Assembly: GCA_032128115.1 (NCBI GenBank)
Contig: JAQBHB010000018.1
Span: forward strand, 16,681-80,680
DNA length: 64,000 bases
From: Deltaproteobacteria bacterium
GTDB taxonomy: Bacteria > Myxococcota_A > UBA9160 > SMWR01
Reading direction: 5' to 3'
The notes beneath the pieces are model-generated. The model was not told the DNA's origin. It did not search any database and worked only from the letters and a program-made list of their open reading frames with translations. Shown here in pieces: positions 60,732 through 64,000 of this stretch (its first letter is position 1; each line of letters starts with the position of its first letter). Position numbers and translations under genes: made by a program.

Positions 60732-63215
60732 CTAGACTTCGGCGGGAGTCTGGGCCGCGGGCGAGGGCAGCCGGTCCAGCATCGAGCGAGCCTCTGCCGC
60801 CCATTCCGGCTCGGCCTCATCGGGAGCCCCTCGGGCCCGCCGCCGCTGCTTGCGGGTCTCGAGACCCGACAGGGCGCGGTCCAGGGCCGAACGCGTGTTC
60901 TCGATCTCGCCGCTGGCCTCGTAGGCCATTGCCAGGTGGTGCTGCACCATGCCGATGTTCTCGCTATCCGGCTCCAGCCCCGCCTCGGCCTCCTTCAGGT
61001 AGCTGATGGCGGCCGACGCGATCCCGCGCTTGTAGAGCACCCACCCCAGCGTATCGGCCGCGTTGGGGTCGTTGGGCATGAGCGCCTTCGCCTCCTGGGC
61101 CAGGTCCAGGGCCTGATCCAGGTTCTCACCCGACTCGGCGAACAGGTACGCCAGATTGTTCTTCGACTCGGCCAGGTTCGGGTTGTACCGGATCGCCTCC
61201 TGGTACTCCTCGATGGCCCGCCCGCGATTGCCTCCGGACTCGTAGAGTACGCCCAGGAAGTGGTGCAGACGCGCGGCATCGGGAACCGCCTCGAGCGCCT
61301 TCTCGTAGGTCGCGATCGTCTCCTGGATGCGACCCGTGCGCCGGTAGTAGGTGGCCAGGTGGTCGTAGGTGTCCACGTCGGTGGGATCGAGGACGATCGC
61401 CCTCCGGAAGCTCGACTCCGCTTCGGGCCCGCGCTCCTCGCGCAGGAACACCAGACCCTGTAGCTGGTGCAGCTTGGCGTTGTCGGGCCGCTCTGCCAGC
61501 GCTGACGCGATGCGCGCCTCGGACTCCTCGAGGCGCCCCGTCGCCACATCCAGGGTGATCAGGCTGCCCAGGATGTCGGCGTTGTAGGGCGCCTGGTCGT
61601 GAGCGGCGAGGAACAGCTTGCGGGCGTCGGCCTCGTTGCCCAGCATCAGATGGACGCGACCCATGGCGTACAGGGACGTGGCGTCGCGCTGGTTCTCGCG
61701 AATCCCCTCGAGCTCCTTCATGGCTTCATCGGGTTTGCTCAGCAGCACCAGGCTCTGGGCCACCAGCAGTCGGGTTTCCACGTCGCCGGGGCGCTCGCGC
61801 AGGTAGCGGCGGCCCTCTTCCACGGCGTACTCGTACTCGCGCAGGCCCGCGTGAACCTGGGCCAGCACCTTGCGCGCCTCGATCATGCCCGCGTCGATTT
61901 CGAGCGCCCGGGCCAGCTCGGCGCGGGCCACCTCGCCCTCACCCCGAAGCGCCTGGGCAGTGCCCAGCAGAAAGTGGGCCTGCGCCCACTCCGGCCGCGC
62001 GTCGATGGCGGCCCGCAGGGAATTGACCGCCTCGTCGATGTTGCGCTCGGAAAGAAGGATCTTGGCCTTCACGAACAGGGCGCCCGCGTCGGACGGATCA
62101 CGCGCCAGGATCGCCTCGATCACGCTGCGGCCCTCGGCGATCATCTCGGTCTGCTTGTCGCGATAACCCAGCTCCACCAGCACCTCGGCCTTGCGCAGCT
62201 TGGCCATCTGGTTTTCCGGTTCGAGCGTTACGGCCTTGTCGGCCGCGGCCAGCGCGCCCTCCAGGTCGCCCTTGCGTCCCAGATAGGACGACAGGATCAG
62301 CTGGGGCCTCGCGTCATCGGGGCGGGCCACTGTCGCCTGCTCGATCAGGCTGTCGGCCCGGGCCACATTGCCCTGGGACCGCTGGATGCGGGCCAGCAGG
62401 TAGATCAGGTCCAGCGGATCCTCTTCGGTTTCGATGCCCTGCTCCAGGATCTGGACCGACTCGTCGAACTGATCGCGGCTGAAGTAGAAGCCCGCCAGGA
62501 TCGAGATGGCTCGAACGCGCTCCTCGGCCTTCGCCGACTCGAGTGCCTTGCGGTACGCCTCTTCCGCCTCCTGGTCGCGCTTGCGATCGCGGGCCAGGAA
62601 TCCGCCGAGTGCGGTGTAGGAGAGCGGAGTGGGCGAAACCTCCGTGAGTTTCCGGTACAGGGGCTCTGCAGCCTCGCGATCGCCTCGACGCCGGTGGTGG
62701 ATGGCCAGCAGCAGCAGCGCCGCCGAGCTGTCCGGCTCGACCTCTACGGCCTTGGTATAGGCTTCCTCGGCCTCGGTGGGGCGCCGGAGGGCCTCGAGGG
62801 CGCGCCCCTTCAACAGGTAGGCCGCCACCCGTTCCGGGTCGGCCACGATCACGTCCTCGGCCTGTTTGAGCGCCTCTTCCAATTCGCCGGCGTACATGGA
62901 CAGCTGGCCGAACTGGATCTTGGCCTCCAGATTGCTGGGGTTGAGGCGCGCGGTTTCGCGCAGCTCCCAGAAGCCCTCTCGGGTCTGGCGGTTGCGGAGA
63001 TACGCTCGGGCCAGACCCCAGTGCGCTTCCGGACTGTTGGGATCGATCTGGAGCACATTCTTGTACTCGATGATCGCCTCGCCGAACTTTTCCTCCTCCA
63101 GGTAGGTCCCACCGCGCTCCAGGTGCGACGAGAGCTTGGCCTCATCGGCCTGACAGCCGACGAGGGCCACGATGGGCAGGAGGAACAAGGGAAGACGAAG
63201 GAATGCACTGCGCAT
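60732..63215 (-). CDS. Large TPR-repeat lipoprotein (827 aa)
   Basis: Lipobox (PIVALVGC) followed by about 20 TPR units throughout. Lies directly downstream of a sigma-54 activator gene. Confidence 0.7.
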   Translation of the reverse strand: MRSAFLRLPLFLLPIVALVGCQADEAKLSSHLERGGTYLEEEKFGEAIIEYKNVLQIDPNSPEAHWGLARAYLRNRQTREGFWELRETARLNPSNLEAKIQFGQLSMYAGELEEALKQAEDVIVADPERVAAYLLKGRALEALRRPTEAEEAYTKAVEVEPDSSAALLLLAIHHRRRGDREAAEPLYRKLTEVSPTPLSYTALGGFLARDRKRDQEAEEAYRKALESAKAEERVRAISILAGFYFSRDQFDESVQILEQGIETEEDPLDLIYLLARIQRSQGNVARADSLIEQATVARPDDARPQLILSSYLGRKGDLEGALAAADKAVTLEPENQMAKLRKAEVLVELGYRDKQTEMIAEGRSVIEAILARDPSDAGALFVKAKILLSERNIDEAVNSLRAAIDARPEWAQAHFLLGTAQALRGEGEVARAELARALEIDAGMIEARKVLAQVHAGLREYEYAVEEGRRYLRERPGDVETRLLVAQSLVLLSKPDEAMKELEGIRENQRDATSLYAMGRVHLMLGNEADARKLFLAAHDQAPYNADILGSLITLDVATGRLEESEARIASALAERPDNAKLHQLQGLVFLREERGPEAESSFRRAIVLDPTDVDTYDHLATYYRRTGRIQETIATYEKALEAVPDAARLHHFLGVLYESGGNRGRAIEEYQEAIRYNPNLAESKNNLAYLFAESGENLDQALDLAQEAKALMPNDPNAADTLGWVLYKRGIASAAISYLKEAEAGLEPDSENIGMVQHHLAMAYEASGEIENTRSALDRALSGLETRKQRRRARGAPDEAEPEWAAEARSMLDRLPSPAAQTPAEV

Positions 63216-63283
63216 GAGCCCACCTTATGCGGAAACCGGGCGAAAACACTAGCGACTCGGATCCGAGAAGTCGCCCGGGGGGG

Positions 63284-64000
63284 TCAGCCAGTCGGCGAGC
63301 CCGCGTCCCCGGGCCCGGGGTCGCCGCTCCCGGACCCACTCCCCCGGTTCCGGCGCCAGCGGGTGTGGGTGATTCCCATGCGCTGGATCATGTAGTTGAG
63401 CTTGCGGCGGCTGATTCCCAGCAGTGCAGCCGCCCCCTTCTGCACGAAGTCGGTGCGCCGCAGCGCCTCCAGCACCAGCTCCCGCTCGAGCTGGCCCAGG
63501 GAGACCCCCTCCGGCGGTAGATCCGGACGCCATCCCCCCGGTTTTCCGCACGAACCCATACCGAACAGCGTGAGATCCTCCGCCCGGACCCGGGGGCCGT
63601 CGGCCATCAGCACGGCGCGCTCGATGGCATTGTGCAACTCGCGCGCGTTTCCCGGCCAGTGGTGGGCGCGGATCCGATCGAGCGCCGATTCCGTGAAGCC
63701 GCGCATGGGACGCTCCAGCGTCTCCGAGAAGCGACGCAGGAAGTGATGAGCCAACGCCACCAGATCTTCGGGCCGTTCTCGCAGGGGCGGCAGGTGGATG
63801 CGGATCACGTTGAGCCGGAAGAAGAGATCCTCGCGGAATACCCCTTCCTGGATGCGGTTCGCAAGGTCCTGGTTGGTGGCGGATACGATGCGGGCATCCG
63901 TGCGCAGCACCTCGGTCCCGCCCAGGCGGTGGAACTCCTGCTCCTGCAGCACGCGGAGCAGCTTCGCCTGGGTGGCCGGCGACATGTCGCCCACCTCGTC
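63284..64000 (-). CDS. Sigma-54-dependent transcriptional activator (C-terminal part; the gene continues past the window end)
   Basis: DEVGDMSPATQAKLLRVLQEQEFHRLGGTE...RIVSATNQDL...FREDLFFRLNVIRIHLPPLRER...WPGNARELHNAIERAV (AAA+ sigma-54 interaction domain) and a Fis-type HTH (AAALLGISRRKLNYMIQRMG). The frame stays open to base 64000. Confidence 0.85.
   Translation of the reverse strand, partial: DEVGDMSPATQAKLLRVLQEQEFHRLGGTEVLRTDARIVSATNQDLANRIQEGVFREDLFFRLNVIRIHLPPLRERPEDLVALAHHFLRRFSETLERPMRGFTESALDRIRAHHWPGNARELHNAIERAVLMADGPRVRAEDLTLFGMGSCGKPGGWRPDLPPEGVSLGQLERELVLEALRRTDFVQKGAAALLGISRRKLNYMIQRMGITHTRWRRNRGSGSGSGDPGPGDAGSPTG

Noticed and set aside
58271-61006. A 911-aa plus-strand ORF, the longest in the track.
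   Set aside because: It is extremely Arg/Gly/Pro-rich and of low complexity. It overlaps the 3' end of the sulfatase-like gene in another frame and is antisense to the LysM and TPR genes, which have clear domains. It is a compositional artefact.

Overview
This is a GC-rich, almost fully coding bacterial chromosomal segment with about 62 genes and 2 tRNAs. All but eight genes are on the minus strand, and many neighbours are joined by 4-nt ATGA/GTGA/TTGA start-stop overlaps.

Most of the content is core housekeeping:
- a che cluster (DUF4388 protein, a broken cheY, cheA, cheW);
- nrdR-ribD-ribH-nusB;
- a fused rpiB-glyA;
- yceD-rpmF-fabD-acpP;
- gltX followed by tRNA-Gln;
- rodZ-like/recO/glyQS;
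- a TCA block (korAB convergent with icd-mdh-sucCD);
- aspS;
- argG, argF and argB;
- dprA-trmFO-xerC-hslVU.

The accessory-looking content is:
- a type IV pilus sub-locus in Myxococcus-like order (two pilins, pilG-position gene, pilH/pilI ABC transporter, pilD, then a DsbA-like gene);
- a PilF/Tgl-like TPR lipoprotein;
- two tandem ECF sigma paralogues;
- a J-domain/short Hsp70/PAS pseudo-kinase operon;
- REC-GGDEF and REC-GAF regulators;
- a right-edge block of a sigma-54 activator, a large TPR lipoprotein, a LysM protein and a sulfatase-like-TPR protein.

The pil synteny, the DUF4388 protein, the sigma-54 promoters and the many TPR lipoproteins suggest a Myxococcota-like lineage. That is an inference only.

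I saw no transposase, phage gene, CRISPR array, recognisable defence system or biosynthetic cluster, and I do not claim a novel system. The points most worth a second look are:
- two exact-consensus sigma-54 promoters, one in front of a pilin gene and one in front of an ECF sigma gene, the latter with a long repeat-bearing leader;
- a fragmented cheY;
- the RpiB-SHMT fusion;
- the atypical Hsp70 operon;
- a recurring pattern of short tandem duplications, some inside or at the start of genes.

Everything was read by eye. Coordinates of hand-found motifs were anchored to the ORF-track reading frames but could be off by a base or two.
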